Notes under the pieces: model-generated
Told to the model about the DNA's origin: nothing
What the model saw: the letters and a program-made list of their open reading frames with translations, nothing else
The model's database searches: none
Source of the DNA: Octopus sinensis
Taxonomy: Eukaryota
Reading direction: 5' to 3'
Length of the DNA: 64,000 bases
Assembly (NCBI RefSeq): GCF_006345805.1
Contig: NC_042999.1
Location: forward strand, 168,020,001-168,084,000
Part shown: one piece after another, positions 13,367 to 27,376 of the stretch
Position numbering within the stretch: position 1 is the stretch's first letter
Layout: the number at the start of each line of letters is the position of its first letter
Program-made: the position numbers and the translations under genes

Positions 13367-14074
13367 AAGAAGCTTGCTTCCCAACCATATACTTCTGGAT
13401 TCAGTCCCACAGCATGGCGTTTTTGAGCCTCACAGAGGCAATGACGAAGAACCGAGATCTCAGGAGATATGCTGTGACTGCAAAGACCCGGGCTGCTTCC
13501 TGCACCAGTTTCGCATAGCCCCAGCCCATTCAAAGTACCTTGGATTGCAGAACGACCTGCTGTGCTTGAGGAGACCTATTGAGTCAAGTACATGAACATC
13601 GAAATAAATATCAAATAGAAATTGTAGTTACGACACCTGTGCCGGCGGCACGTAAAAAGCACCATCCGAACGTGGCCGATGCCTGCGCTGCCTCGACTGG
13701 CTTCTGTGCCGGTGGCACATGACCTGTTGTGCTTGAGGAGACCTATTGAGTCAAGTACATCAACATCAAAATAAATATCAAATGGAAATAGTAGTTGTGA
13801 TACCTGTGCCGGCGGCACGTAAAAAGCACCATCCGAACATGGCTGATGCCAGCGCTGCATTGACTGGCTTCTGTGCCGGTGGCACGTAAAAAGCACCCAC
13901 TACACTCACAGAGTGGTTGGCGCTAGGAAGGGCATCCAGCTGTAGAAACACTGCCAGATCAGACTGGAGCCTGGTGCAGCCTCCTGGCTTCCCAGACCCC
14001 GATCGAACCATCCAACCCTTGTCAGCATGGAAAACGGACGTTAAACGATGATGATGATGAAGATGATAATGATG

Positions 14075-14076
<2 letters not shown>

Positions 14077-14114
<38 letters not shown>

Positions 14115-14149
14115 ATATATATATGTATATGTATATATATATGTATATG

Positions 14150-14181
<32 letters not shown>

Positions 14182-14412
14182 TATGTATGTATATATATGT
14201 ATATATATATGTATATATATATATATATATACATATATATGTATATACATATATATACCTATATATGTATATACATATACATATATATACATATATATGT
14301 ATATACACATATATATATACATATATATATATACATATATACATACATATATATATACATACACACATATATATATATACATATATATACATACATATAT
14401 ACATATATATAC
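14077..14412. repeat. Complex (TA/TG/CA)n microsatellite; similar tracts at ~4015-4103, 10073-10122, 15729-15941, 17030-17120 and 56467-56500
   Basis: Seen directly; these tracts generate the YIYI ORFs in the track. Confidence 0.97.
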
Positions 14413-15725
14413 GTGTGGATATGTGTGTATGTATGAGTATATAGATGTTTGTGTGAGTGTGTATGTAGACGTGAATGCAGGAGGTTTATGTCTATGTATT
14501 GTGAAAATATGGTTGCGTGTATTTTTTATCTTTTTCTATCTTTTAGAGTCACATCCCTTTTATTTAATAGATTTTCATAGAATCTGTTGCTATTAATAGC
14601 TGATGGGAATGTATCGTAGCTCTTCTCTCCGACATTTGAAACTCCAAGCACAATAACGATAACCTTTTACTGTTTGTCCTAAATTATAACATTATATATA
14701 TATATATAATATATATATATAAATCATCATCGTTTAACGTCCGCTTTCCATGGTAGCATGGGTTGGACGATCTGGCTGCACCAGGCTCCAGTCTTGATCT
14801 GGCAGTGTTTCTACAGCTGGATGCCCTTCCTAATGCCAACCACTCTGAGAGTGTATTGGGCACTTTTACGTGCCACCGGCACAAGGGCCAGTCAGGCAGT
14901 ACTGGCAACAGTCACACTCAAATGGTGTTTTTACATGCCACCTGCACAGGAGCCAGTCCAGTCACACTGGCAACGACCTCCCTCGAATGTTTTTTCACGT
15001 GCCAGTAAGGCAATGCTGGTAACGATCACACTCAAATGGTGCTTTTTACGCACCACCGGCACGGAAGCCAGTTTGCTACTCTGGCAACAATCATGCTCAG
15101 ATGGTGCTCTTAGCGCTCCACTGGCACAGATGCCAGTCATCGAATTTGATTTTGATTTCATATACATCCTTTAAGTTTGTATATGGGAAACGTTTTGAAT
15201 ATGTATATAAAAGCTTCTATTTTATGATGCTGGTTACAGCTCAATGATGGCAACTGGCGATACCAATTTTTTGGGGTCGCATTGAGCTGTGTCGATACAA
15301 CGTAGGAGAAATATAGTAATAATAAGAAGAAATGAATGCATGGACATGATCTCCCCAATGTTCATGGATACTGTGGACTGTACAGTAATTATCTCAGGAA
15401 TATGGACTTTGATCTTAAGATATATGTGATGCATGAAAACACATAGCAATGCATTAAAATATTTATAAGTTCCATCCAAAGATTATTATTATTTTTATTA
15501 TTATTATCATATATATATACAAGAGAGACAGAGACAGGCAGAAACAAGGAAAATACCCCTTGTATTTGAACACTATACAAATATTCTTTTAAAAAAACTT
15601 TTCTTTTAATTTTTCTAAATTTAGTTATTTAATTGTTACAGTTGAAAAAGTCTCAATGACTGAAACCGGTACTGAAAATGTTTTTTCAAAAATTATTTTA
15701 GCATTTTCTATCTTGACTTTTTTTT

Positions 15726-15768
<43 letters not shown>

Positions 15769-15782
15769 AATATATATATATA

Positions 15783-15942
<160 letters not shown>

Positions 15943-16374
15943 TTGTGTTTGTATGTCTGTCCCCCAGTACCACTTGACAACCAGTATTAATGTGTTTACA
16001 TCCCCATCACTTAGCAGTTCAGTAAAAAGGACCAATAGAATAAGTACAGGCTTAACATAAGATAAGTACTGGGGTCAATTCATTTGACTAAAAATTATTC
16101 AAGGCAGTGCTCCAGCATGGTCACAGTCTAATGACTGAAACAAGTAAAAGATATAAGATATCTCTCAAGTACTGGGCTTGATTTAATCAACTAACCCCAC
16201 CCCTATGAATTTCTGAACCCCTACCTAAATTAGAACCATTAGCTGGTCAGGAAAATGCCTAAAATACTGGGGAAAATTTAATTAACTAACTCTCTTTTTA
16301 CTCTAAATCTGTGGCCTATGAAAGAAACAGTTATTAATACTGGTAGAAACATTAAAGTGTCAATATGTGTTGTG

Positions 16375-16595
16375 GCTAAGGCGGCGAGCTGGCAGAAACA
16401 TTAGCACACTAGGTGAAATGCTTAGCAGAATTTCATCTGTCTTTACGTTCTGAGTTCAAATTCTGCCAAGGTCGACTCTACCTTTCGTCCTTTCGAGGCT
16501 GATAAATGAAGTTCCAGTTATGTACTGGGGTCAATCTAATCGACTGGACCCCTCCCCAAAAATTTTGGGTCTTGTGCCTTGAGTAAAAAAGAATG
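16375..16595 (+). mobile_element. SINE family D (ggcggcgagctggcagaa...ttcatcctttcggggtcgataaa...)
   Basis: tRNA-like head with a conserved central domain. Related copies at ~11440-11840, 32612-32787, 34997-35165, 50170-50370 and 55158-55330(-). Confidence 0.8.
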
Positions 16596-17030
16596 TGTTC
16601 TAACTCCTTACCTTCTGAGTTCAAATCGTATAAAGTCAACTTTATCTTTCATCAGGTTCTTAAAGTATCAGTCAATTAGTGGGGTTGATATAATTGACTG
16701 TAACCCTTCTCCCAAATTTCTGGAGTTGTGCCTATGTTAAAAATCATTATGATTATTATTATTATTATTATTTGTTTGAATGAAAGTTGTGAGAACATTT
16801 TAAATGTTTAGGATATTAATTAGCATTAATACATATAAAAAAAACTAACAAGGTTACTTCCTACCTTTTATTTTCAAGTACTTTTGGTAAATTTTCTGCT
16901 TGCTTCTACAACAGATACAGTAATAACTATACTTAATATATGTAACTTGTAAATTTCATAAAATTGCAATAATTAAAATTCCTGAGCTACAGATTGGATT
17001 TGTGTTGACACACTGAACAAGGTGTGTGTG

Positions 17031-17111
<81 letters not shown>

Positions 17112-17120
17112 ATACACATA

Positions 17121-17912
17121 TATTGGGTCATCCCATAAATAATGTTGGTGTTTTCAACTGCATGAACTAAAAGTCAGAGGGGGACAGGATAAACTACCTG
17201 CATCAACTTGCTATAAAAGCAGGTAGCAATTTTACCTTGTCCTTATTCTTAGTGCAAGTTTTGAAGAGTGTAGTTCAATTTTAACAGTTATTTTTTTCAA
17301 AGCTATAATGGAAGTGATAAAGGAGCATATTCGGCACATTTTGCATTATTAGTTCAATAAAGGCAACAATGCTACGGAAAGTGTGAGGAACATTAATGCA
17401 GTATATGGGGATCGGATAATAAGCATAAGCCAGTGTCAATGGTGCTTCCAGAAATTCCGAGCCAGAAACTACAGCCTAGAAGATGAGCCTCATTCTGGAA
17501 GATCTGAAGAGCTCAACGAGGACGTCCTGCAAACCCTGGTGGAACAAAATCCCATCATAACTGTTGAGGAACCAGCAGAGAAACATGGATTTGGTCATTC
17601 AACCATTCATCAACACCTGCGTGCCATCAGAAACATCAGCAAATTGAGTCAATGGGTTCCTCACAAACTTTCCAAGTCAAATCGCATGCAGAGAGTGAAT
17701 GTGTGCTCTTCTTTGCAATCACATCTCATGAATGAACCTTTTTTTAACTGAATATGACTGGTGACGAAAAATGAGCTCTCTATAAAAATGTCAAGCACTG
17801 AAGACAGTGGGTACAGAAAGGAGAAACACCAGCACCCCAGACTAAAGAATGTCTTCACCCACGTAAGGTGTTGTCTGTTTGGTAGGATATGAAAGGTTTA
17901 GTTCACTTTGAA
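17121..17912 (+). mobile_element. Mariner (Mos1/DD34D-like) 5' fragment
   Basis: TA|ttgggtcatccc terminus; N-terminal FNKGNNATES, LEDEPHSGRS and WVPHKLS motif. Confidence 0.85.
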
Positions 17913-19796
17913 TAAAACTCTGGAGATGACCATAATCAATCACCTCTTATAACACTATTGATATTTTTCTTTCTTCAATAACAGCTAGAATACAAGCCAT
18001 ACGAGAGAACCTTCTATAGGACATAGTTGCCAAATCTCTCTTAAGTCGTATCTTCATATCTTAAAAAAAAGAAAAAAAGAGGATGGACATATTGGATAAT
18101 GTTGCCTGAGATAAACTATTCTTGAAAAGATGGGATTGTCATGGCTGGAATGCTTTCAATCTGCCTGGCCAGAGCAGATTTTGCAATAACAAGAACTAGA
18201 CCATATTTAATAAAGCCAGCTCCATTGCAACGCCAATGGTCTCTTGACCATTGTTGCTTTTCTGCTTTTTATCTTATTTTATACATGGTGTGGCTGTGTG
18301 GTAAGAATTTTGCTATCTAACCACATAGTTCCAGGTTCAGCTCCACTGTGTGACACCTTGCACAAGTGATTTCTTCTATAGCTTTAGGCTGACCAAAGCC
18401 TTGGGAGTGGATTTGGTAGACAAAAACTGAAAGAAGCTATCAGATATATGTGTGTCTTTCTGTTTATGTTTGTCTCCCCACCACCACTTGACAACCGGCA
18501 TTAGTGTGTTTATATAATTTAGCAGTTCGGCAACAGAAACTGATAGAATAATTATCAGGTTTAAAAGAAAAAATAAGCACTGGTGTCAATTCATTGGACT
18601 AAAAAAAGATTCTTAAAGGCAGTGCCACAGCATGGCCACAGTCAAATGAACTCCTCCTAAAACTGAAATATTTAAGTTGGCAGTTATTTGACAACCCTTA
18701 TTACCAGATCATTTCTTGCTAAATCTCTTCTATCCCCATCTTATCAACATAGAAGTAAACAACAAGAAATGCACCTCCCTGATCCACTTCCTTGCTTCTC
18801 TTAATGATTTATTCATTGTCACTGCCTACTCTGGGAATATAACAAGTGGGCTGTGACCCACAAGTGAATCACTGAGATGTTCTATGTGGGCCTCAGACCT
18901 TTTCTGAAAACTTCAAATTTAATAGGTGTGGCTGTGTGGTAAGTAGCTTGCATCCCAACCACATGATTCCAGATTCAGTTCCACTGGGGTGACACCTTGG
19001 GCAAGTGTCCTCTACTATAGCCTCAGGCCGACCAAAGCCTTGTGAGTGGATTTGGTAGGCAGAAACTGAAAGAAGCCCATCGTATCATCATCATCATCAT
19101 CATTTAGCGTCCGTTTTCCATGCTAGCATGGGTTGGACAGTTCAACTGGGGTCTGTGAAGCTGGAAGGCTTCATCAGGCCCAGTCAGATCTGGCAGTGTT
19201 TCTACGGCTGGATGCCCTTCCTAACGCCAACCACTCCGTGAGTGTAGTGGGTGCTTTTTACGTGCCACCATATATTTATGTGTGTTTTCTGTCTGTGTTT
19301 GTCCCCATACCACTACTTGACAATCAATGTTGGTATGTTTACATCCCTATAAATTAGTGGTTTTGCAAAAGGGACCAATAGAATAAGTCCTGGGGTCAAT
19401 TTCTTTGACTAAAACTCTTTAAGGCAGCGCTCCAACATGGCCAAAGTCAAATGACTGAAACAAGTAAAAGAGTATATATCTGGATCATTGTGAGTTGATG
19501 GCTTTTAAACAGTCTTTTTTGTGTCATGATTTGTTTCATTTCTACTTAATTAAGCATTGCCAGTAATGAAAGCAAGATGATATGAGGGATTATTTTCATG
19601 GGAAAAACATCTAAAGTGAGCCATTATAAAATTAAGTTACTAATCCCTGTTCAACTTTCTTCCCTTACTTATCACTCGCAAGTTTTAGTGACATGCATCA
19701 AATATCTTCATTATCCCATGATATTTTGGAATGAAGACATAACTGATTGACTTAATAGTACCAAAACACAGTCACTAGACAATTAAATGTACTACG

Positions 19797-20177
19797 TGGA
19801 GGAGCAATGGCCCAGTGGTTAGGGCAGCGGACTCGCGGTCGTAGGATCGCGGTTTCGATTCCCAGACCGGGCATTGTGAGTGTTTATTGAGCGAAAACAC
19901 CTAAAGCTTCACGAGGCTCCGGCAGGGGATGGTGGTGATCCCTGCTGTACTCTTTCACCACAACTTTCTCTCACTCTTACTTCCTGTTTCTGTTGTACCT
20001 GTATTTCAAGGGGCCGGCCTTGTCACTCTCTGTGTCACGCTGAATCTCCTCGAGAACTACGTTAAGGGTACATGTGTCTGTGGAGTGCTCAGCCACTTAC
20101 ACGTTAATTCCACGAGCAGGCTGTTCCATTGATCGGATCAGCTGGGACCCTCGTCGTCGCAACCGACGGAGCGCTCC
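19797..20177 (+). mobile_element. tRNA(Arg)-like SINE family B; other copies at 31017-31402, 36212-36494 (5'-truncated), 37841-38223, 45567-45950 and 55631-56014
   Basis: Head tggcccagtggttagggcagcggactcgcg...ggtttcgattccc. TSDs such as atttgtggata (31 kb), accttgagggt (37.8 kb) and atacctgcaaca (55.6 kb). Confidence 0.92.
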
Positions 20178-20610
20178 TAAATGTACAACACGTTATGGTG
20201 ATTATTCAAGTGCAATATAAAACTAACTCTCCTCTAACTACTGTAGAGGAATCAGCTGCTTTGAACTGTTACTCTCTTACCTGTTTCAGACATTGGACTG
20301 CGGCCATGCTGGAGCACTGCCTTTAGTTGAAGAAATCATCCCCAGGACTTATTCTTTGTAAGCTTTGTAGGACTCTTTTGCCGAACCACTAAGTTACAGG
20401 GACGTAAAAACATCAGCATCGGTTGTCAAGCGATGTTGGGGGGACAAACACAGACACACATATGTATTAATATATACGATGGGCTTCTTTCAGTTTCTGT
20501 CTACCAAATCCACTCACAAGGCTTTGGTCGGCCATAGTAGAAGACACATGCCAAAGGTGCCACGCAATGGGACTGAACCCGGAACCATGTGGCTGGTAAG
20601 CAAGCTACTT

Positions 20611-23600
20611 TATTTCATAAATATTTGCCATGAAGGCATTACAAAGAGGGGACAAACAAGAAGAGACAAACAAAAGCTGTAGCGATTAAATATTTACAAT
20701 TTAAAAATACAATAATTTAATGAAAATGTTTATAATTTTTGACTTAAGCGTTGCTCATTACAAATGAAATTTGTAATGGCTTCTCTGAAGGATAGGCATC
20801 CGACCACCAGGGTAGACCCCTTGCTTTTTCTTTCCTGTTTTTGGCTTCCACTTACCTGGTGCCAAACACTCCCAGCTTCCTCGCCACAGGCTTCCATCTT
20901 CTCATGAATCTGTCTCGTGACAGGTACCTTTTCTACAGACTGGTCTTATTACTGAGGTGGTAACTAAAAAAGTTAACCAACCCCTGGCCGGATACAAAGG
21001 TACCCGACACTATGCCTCTCACACGCGTCTTCCATACTGTTTCTTTCAGTATGGCTACAACACAGAAAAAGCAAGCCTTCGTTTCCTTGTTAAGGGAAGG
21101 AGGCGGTACAATCTCGATGATAGATTCAGCTGATAGATGTACTCTTCCCATCGATGACAACAGTTGCTCTGCGAAAACTATCAGTCTCGTTAATTCCGGA
21201 CATTCCGCAAATGCATGCTAGATGGTTTCCTTGTCCTGCCTGCACCTCGGATATGTTGGCTAGACGGCACTTCCGTGCCTTGACAGTTTATCACGAACAG
21301 GTAACGCCACAAAGAAGCACTGCCAAGCCAGGGATTTCTGGTAATTGTCCAGATACCCCGGCCTGAAAGTTCTCCAGAACAGGTTGATTAACTGATTTTC
21401 ATCGCAGCCTAGGGTCTCCCCCAAGGCGTCTTCGGACTTAACCTCCACTAACCCACTATAGAAATCCACGGTGGAACCCCTATTGCTGGCATTGCCTGCT
21501 CAAGAGAGTGGCTGAAGTGCCTGGTGGCACTCCAATTGCCAGTCCCCAGCCTAGGTCTCTGCTTGATCCAATTACCAATGTCCGTTAAGGACGTTAATTG
21601 CGAAAGTTAGAACCGAGCGTGCGGTGACCACACCTGCTCTCCATCCAGGTAAAGCCAGAGGCACCTCAACCGTAACGCAAATTGTTGCATCCTCAGCCAA
21701 AGCATCTCTAACCTACCCTTTAGCGGTTTCTGGTATCAGACAGAGTGCTTCACGAGTGGCTTTCCTCCCTTCCACAAAAAGCGGAAAAGGATTCTCTCCA
21801 ACTTGTTCAGCCACAAATCAGAGCAAGGTACCACGGTCAGACGGTAGGTGATAACCGATGCTATAAACATCTGCACCACCTCTGCCTTTCCTAGCAAAGA
21901 TAACGCCTGCCCAGACCAGGTCTGGGTTAGAGCAGTCACCTTGCTGGCCACCTCACTCCAATTTTGCTCTATCTGGAGGTCTGGCCCGAACCAGACTCCG
22001 AGCAGCTTAACAGGACCTTCCGTCCAATGCCCCATGATGTTATTGGATAGCATCAGCTTGCCCCTCCAGGTGCCAAGCTGCAAACCAATTGACTTGTCCT
22101 TGTTAACCTTTGCTCCTGCCACCGCCTCGTAGCTTTTGATAGCCTTTTCCACCACTGGAAGCTGGCCCTCGTCCACCACGATGATGGAGATATCATCTGC
22201 ATACGCTGTAGCTCCTCTTCCACACCGTAGATCATGCGGTGCGCCCCCTAGTGTCTCCAACTTCTGCAGTAATGGCTCGAGAGCCAGTACATACAAAAGC
22301 AGGGACAGGGGACACCCCTGATACACTGAGCACTCGATCCTGAATGGCTTTGAAAGGAAACCATTCACTTTTACGACGGACTCGATGTTGCTGTACAACG
22401 CAGCAATCCAACCGCGGAAAGTCGGGCCCAAGCCAGCCTTCTCGAGGACCGCTACCAAGTACCAATGGTTGACCCTATCGAATGCCTTAGACTGGTCTAA
22501 ATGTACCAGTGCCCCCCCCCCACTGCGCCAGAAAGTTTCCCCACCCTCTCTAAGAAGTAGCGAATAAGGCGGAGATTGTTGTGGATCATCCTGCCCGGGA
22601 TAGCGCACATTTGCGCTTCTCCGAAAAGTTTGTCCACGACCCGCGCCAACCTTTTCACTAACACCTTGGCGAAAATCTTTAACTCTGTGTTCGGCAGAGT
22701 TATGGACCTGAAGTACCTTATTTCGTCCCCCTTGCTCGGGTCCTTCCTGATCAACGTCACCACCCGCCAGCTCGCAGACTTGGGAATTCTCCCATTCTGC
22801 TGCCAATTGGTGTAGACTCTGGCCAGCAGGTGCCCGAACAAGTCTGGCATACTTTTATAAAATTCATAGGGTAGACCATCGAGACCCGGTGACTTCTCCC
22901 CGGGGCATTCGCCCAGTACCTAGATCACCTCCTTGGCCATGATTGGCCCTTCACAGCACTCAGCCTCTTGTGCCGAGAGATGCGGGCCGCCAGACAGGAA
23001 GTCCCTAAGTGCCTCGCCATGATCCAGCGTCCCGCCACTCCCAAACAACTCGGCAAAGTGCTTGTGAATCGCCTCACATATCTCGTCCCGTCCATCGACC
23101 GAACACCCATTGTCATCCACAAGAGACCTAATTGTGGCATCATTGCCAAGTTGGGTTTCTACCGTACGGTCCCATCCGGCAACATTAATTCCCTCACGGC
23201 CCAATGCACACACTTTAGCCCGAACTCTGCACCCCTCATGTTTGTCTTTGAGGTAACGGTCCAAGGCCGTTCTCGCTGCCAAAATGTGAGATGCAGAGCC
23301 CAACATCAACGCCTCCTCTAGGTCCTTAACTAGTTGCTCTTCTGTTCTGGCCTTATCTAGTCTTAGCTGACGGCTAAACCTAATAGACTCAAAACGAATG
23401 GCTCCCTTGAGGGCGAATCACTATCGGTTATTAATCACCGCACCGGTTAACGCCCTCTGTACTAATTCCTCAATCCGGCTACAGTATGCCTCGCAAGTCA
23501 AAATAGACTTATTCAGCTTCCAGTAGCCGGATCCTCTCTTAACTGTACTATCTATGTCCAGTCAACACTCAACCATTCTATGGTCAGTGTAAGCTACTTG

Positions 23601-24535
23601 GACATGCTGTGGACAGCTAAAACTAGACTTATCTCCAGTTCTTATCACTATCCTATCTAAATAGGACTTGAACCTTCCGTCGCCACTCATCCAGGTCCAC
23701 TCTGGGACGTTCGGATGGTCAAGTCTGTAACGATCTGCCAGCTGAAAACGCTTGAGCAGATTTATGAGACGTGAGTTTACTTTCCTATAGATCGAGCCAA
23801 CGCTATCGATGCACGCATCAACAATAGCATTATAGTCTCCTAACACCACTAATGTCTTTGACGTCCCGAGAAAGTTCTCTAGGCGCCGATAAAAATCAGT
23901 TTGAAATCCTCAAGCACAAGGTGCATAGATCCCGATCAACCAGAAGGCCTTACTGCTGTATGTCACATCAAGGACAACCAGCCCACCTTCTGGGTCTACA
24001 TAGACTGTATTTGTCTGCAGAGCCAAGCCTTTTCGAACCAGTACTACTACACCCCCTAGCCCTCCAGTCGAGCTAGGCGACATGATTTCCTCATAGTCAT
24101 TCAGGAGGGGCGAGAGGGCTTGTAGACTGTCCAGCTTGGTCTCTGTAGCAACCATCACATGCATATCGTGAAAACAAGCTTGCTTCCACTTCGAGCTCAG
24201 ACCACGCACTTTCAAACACCCAAGGTTAAGTGAAGTCATTTAAAACAAAAGCAAAGCAAGGGTTCTACTTACTCTTTGACTTTTCTTTAATTGGTGATGC
24301 TGGGGCTGACCTCACCACATGTGAGGCAGTCCTTTCCTCCTGCTCCTTTAAAAACTCCTTCAAATACCGTGGAAGGTCCAGGATGTTCGTGATGGCTCTC
24401 GGATGCCTACCCTTCATTTCATTATACAGTTTTTCTGGTATCCAGGCACATCTCTCTTCCGTGCCTTCAGACTGCTGCAACAGCTCCATGGTGTGATGTT
24501 TCTTTAATGTGTCCATGATATATTTATCCCTGGTA
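20611..24535 (-). mobile_element. Tx1/L1-clade non-LTR retrotransposon, 5'-truncated and disrupted (ORF1 C-terminus, APE, RT, zinc knuckle, 3' UTR)
   Basis: APE-like LNLGCLKVRGL, VATETKLD and VLGDYNA (23562-24239). RT motifs LDQSKAFDRVNH, QGCPLS and YADD (21736-22806). Multiple stops and frameshifts. Confidence 0.92.
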
Positions 24536-26178
24536 CGAGTCCGTCATAAAAGTGAATGGTTTCCTTTCAAAGCCATTCAGGATCAAGCGCCCAGTGTGTC
24601 AGGGGTGTCCCCTGTCCCCACTTTTGTATATAAAGCTTCCAGTGGTGGAAAAGGCTATCAAAAGTTACGAGGCGGTGGCAGGAGCAAAGGTTAACAAGGA
24701 CAAGTCAATTGGTTTGCAGCTCGGTACCTGGAGGGGCAAGCTGATGCTATCCAATAACATCATGGGGCATTGGACGGAAGGTCCTGTTAAGCTGCTCGGA
24801 GTCTGGTTCGGGCCAGACCTCCAGATAGAGCAAAATTGGAGTGAGGTGGCCAGCAAGGTGACTGCTCTAACCCAGACCTGGTCTGGGCAGGCGTTATCTT
24901 TGCTAGGAAAGGCAGAGGTGGTGCAGATGTTTATAGCATCGGTTATCACCTACCGTCTGACCGTGGTACCTTGCTCTGATTTGTGGCTGAACAAGTTGGA
25001 GAGAATCCTTTTCCGCTTTTTGTGGAAGGGAGGAAAGCCACTCGTGAAGCACTCTGTCTGATACCAGAAACCGCTAAAGGGTAGGTTAGGGATGCTTTGG
25101 CTGAGGATGCAAAAATTCACGTTAAGGTTGAGGCGCCTCTGGCTTTACCTGGATGGAGAGCAGGTGTAGTCACCGCACACTCGGTTCTACCTTTCGCAAT
25201 TAACGTCCTTAACGGACATTGGTAATTGGATCAAGCAGAGACCTAGTCTTGGGGACTGGCAATTGGAGTGCCACCAGGCACTTCAGCCACTCTCTTGAGC
25301 AGGCAATGCCAGCAATAGGGGTTCCACCGTGGATTTCTATAGTGGGTTAGTGGAGGTTAAGTCCGAAGACGCCTTGGGGAGCCCCTGGGCTGCGATGAAA
25401 ATCAGTTAATCAACCTGTTCCGGAGAACTTTCAGGCCAGGGTATCTGGACAATTACCAGAAATCTCTGGCTTGGCAGTGTAGCGTTACCTGTTCATGATA
25501 AACTGTCAAGGCATGGACATGCCGTCTTGCTGACATGTCCAAGGTGCAGGCAGTACAGGGAAACTGTCTTGCATGCATTTGTGGAGTATCCAGAATTAAC
25601 GAGACTGATAGTTTTCGCAGAGCAACTGTTGTCATCGATGGGAAGAGTACATCTATCAGCTGAATCTATCATCGAGATTGTACCGCCTCCTTCCCTTAAC
25701 AAGGAAACGAAGGCTTGCTTTTTCTGCGTAGTAGCCATACTGAAAGAAACAGTATGGAAGACGCGTGTGAGAGGCATAGTGTCGGGTACCTTTGTATCCG
25801 GCCAGGGGTTGGTTAACTTTTTTAGTTACCACCTCAGTAATAAGACCAGTCTGTAGAAAAGGTACCTGTCACGAGACAGATTCATGAGAAGATGGAAGCC
25901 TGTGGCGAGGAAGCTGGGAGTGTTTGGCACCAGGTAAGTGGAAGCCAAAAACAGGAAAGAAAAAGCAAGGGGTCTACCCTGGTGGTCGGATGCCTATCCT
26001 TCAGAGAAGCCATTACAAATTTCATTTGAAATGAGCAACGCTTAAGTCAAAAATTATAAACATTTTCATTAAATTATTGTATTTTTAAATTGTAAATATT
26101 TAATCGCTACAGCTTTTGTTTGTCTCTTCTTGTTTGTCCCCTCTTTGTAATGCCTTCATGGCAAATATTTATGAAATA
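24536..26178 (+). mobile_element. Second, inverted copy of the 3' part of the same Tx1 LINE
   Basis: Reverse complement of ~20611-22385, with an internal deletion between QGCPLSPLLY and LPVVEKAI. Contains the CPRC..ETVLH zinc knuckle remnant. Confidence 0.92.
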
Positions 26179-26976
26179 AAGTAGCTTGCTTACCAGCCAC
26201 ATGGTTCCGGGTTCAGTCCCACTGTGTGATACTTTGGGCAAGTGTCTTCTACTATAGCCTCGGGTTGATCAGAAACTGAAAGAAGCCCATCGTATATGTG
26301 TGTGTGTGTACATGTTTGTGTGTCTGTGTTTGTACCCCAACATCACTTGACAATAGATGCTGGTGTGTTTATGTCCCCATAACTTAGCGGTTTGGCAAAA
26401 GGGCCTGTTGGAATAAGTACTAGTCTTACAAAGAATAAGTCCTGGGGTCGATTTCTTCGACTAAAGGCAGTGCTCCAGCACGGCCGCAGTCAAATGACTG
26501 AAGCAAGTAAAAAGAAAAAGTAAAAAAAGAGGAAAGGCAGCCTCCATATCTCTTCTCAGAACCACTGAAATTGTTGGGGAGTGGGGAGACAGTCAACCTG
26601 AGATGAGAGAACAGACCCAAAGACATACAACAATGCAACAGAACATATTTCAATGAAGACAACCAAGGGTCAAGTGATAGCATTTAACCAGGAGAGAGAT
26701 TAATTCTTTTGCCCAAGAACAAGTGTAGTTCTGCCGATAGACATATGCACAGTTTCTATCTCCCAAATTTCACTCAACGCTTATCATAGAAGACACTTGC
26801 TCAAAGTACAGTGCAATGAGATTAAATCTCAAAACACGTAACTGCAAAGTGAACTTCTAAACCACACAGCCATACATGTACTCAAATGCAGTTAATCCAA
26901 TCCTTTGGTCCAGGATATGGATAGAGCTTCTCCTTTACAGACTAACATATTAAAAAACCCAAAAAAAACCTATAAT

Positions 26977-27148
26977 AGGCGCAGGAGTGGCTGTGTGGTA
27001 AGTAGCTTGCTTACCAACCACATGGTTCTGGCTTCAGTCCCACTGCGTGGCATCTTGGGCAAGTGTCTTCTGCTATAGCCCCGGGCTGACCAATGCCTTG
27101 TGAGTGGATTTGGTAGACGGAAACTGAAAGAAGCCTGTCGTATATATG

Positions 27149-27179
<31 letters not shown>

Positions 27180-27376
27180 TTGTTCCCCTAGCATTGCTTG
27201 ACAACCGATGCTGGTGTGTTTATGTCCCCGTTACTTAGCGGTTCGGCAAAAGAGACCGATAGAATAAGTACTGGTCTTATAAAAAGAATAAGTCCCGGGG
27301 TCGAGTTGCTCGATTAAAGGTGGTGCTCCAGCATGGCCACAGTCAAATGACTGAAACAAGTAAAAGAGAGTAAAAA
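26977..27376 (+). mobile_element. SINE family A, young full-length copy
   Basis: Complete from head to (taaaagag)n tail. Confidence 0.9.

Noticed and set aside
19797-19870. tRNA-Arg-like sequence (also at other family A, B and D heads)
   Set aside because: These are SINE heads continuing into SINE bodies with TSDs and no acceptor stem closure, so they are not called as tRNA genes.
19880-20132. Recurrent ORFs MFIERKHLK.../MVVIPAVLF...
   Set aside because: They recur only because they lie inside SINE family B; there is no evidence of coding function.
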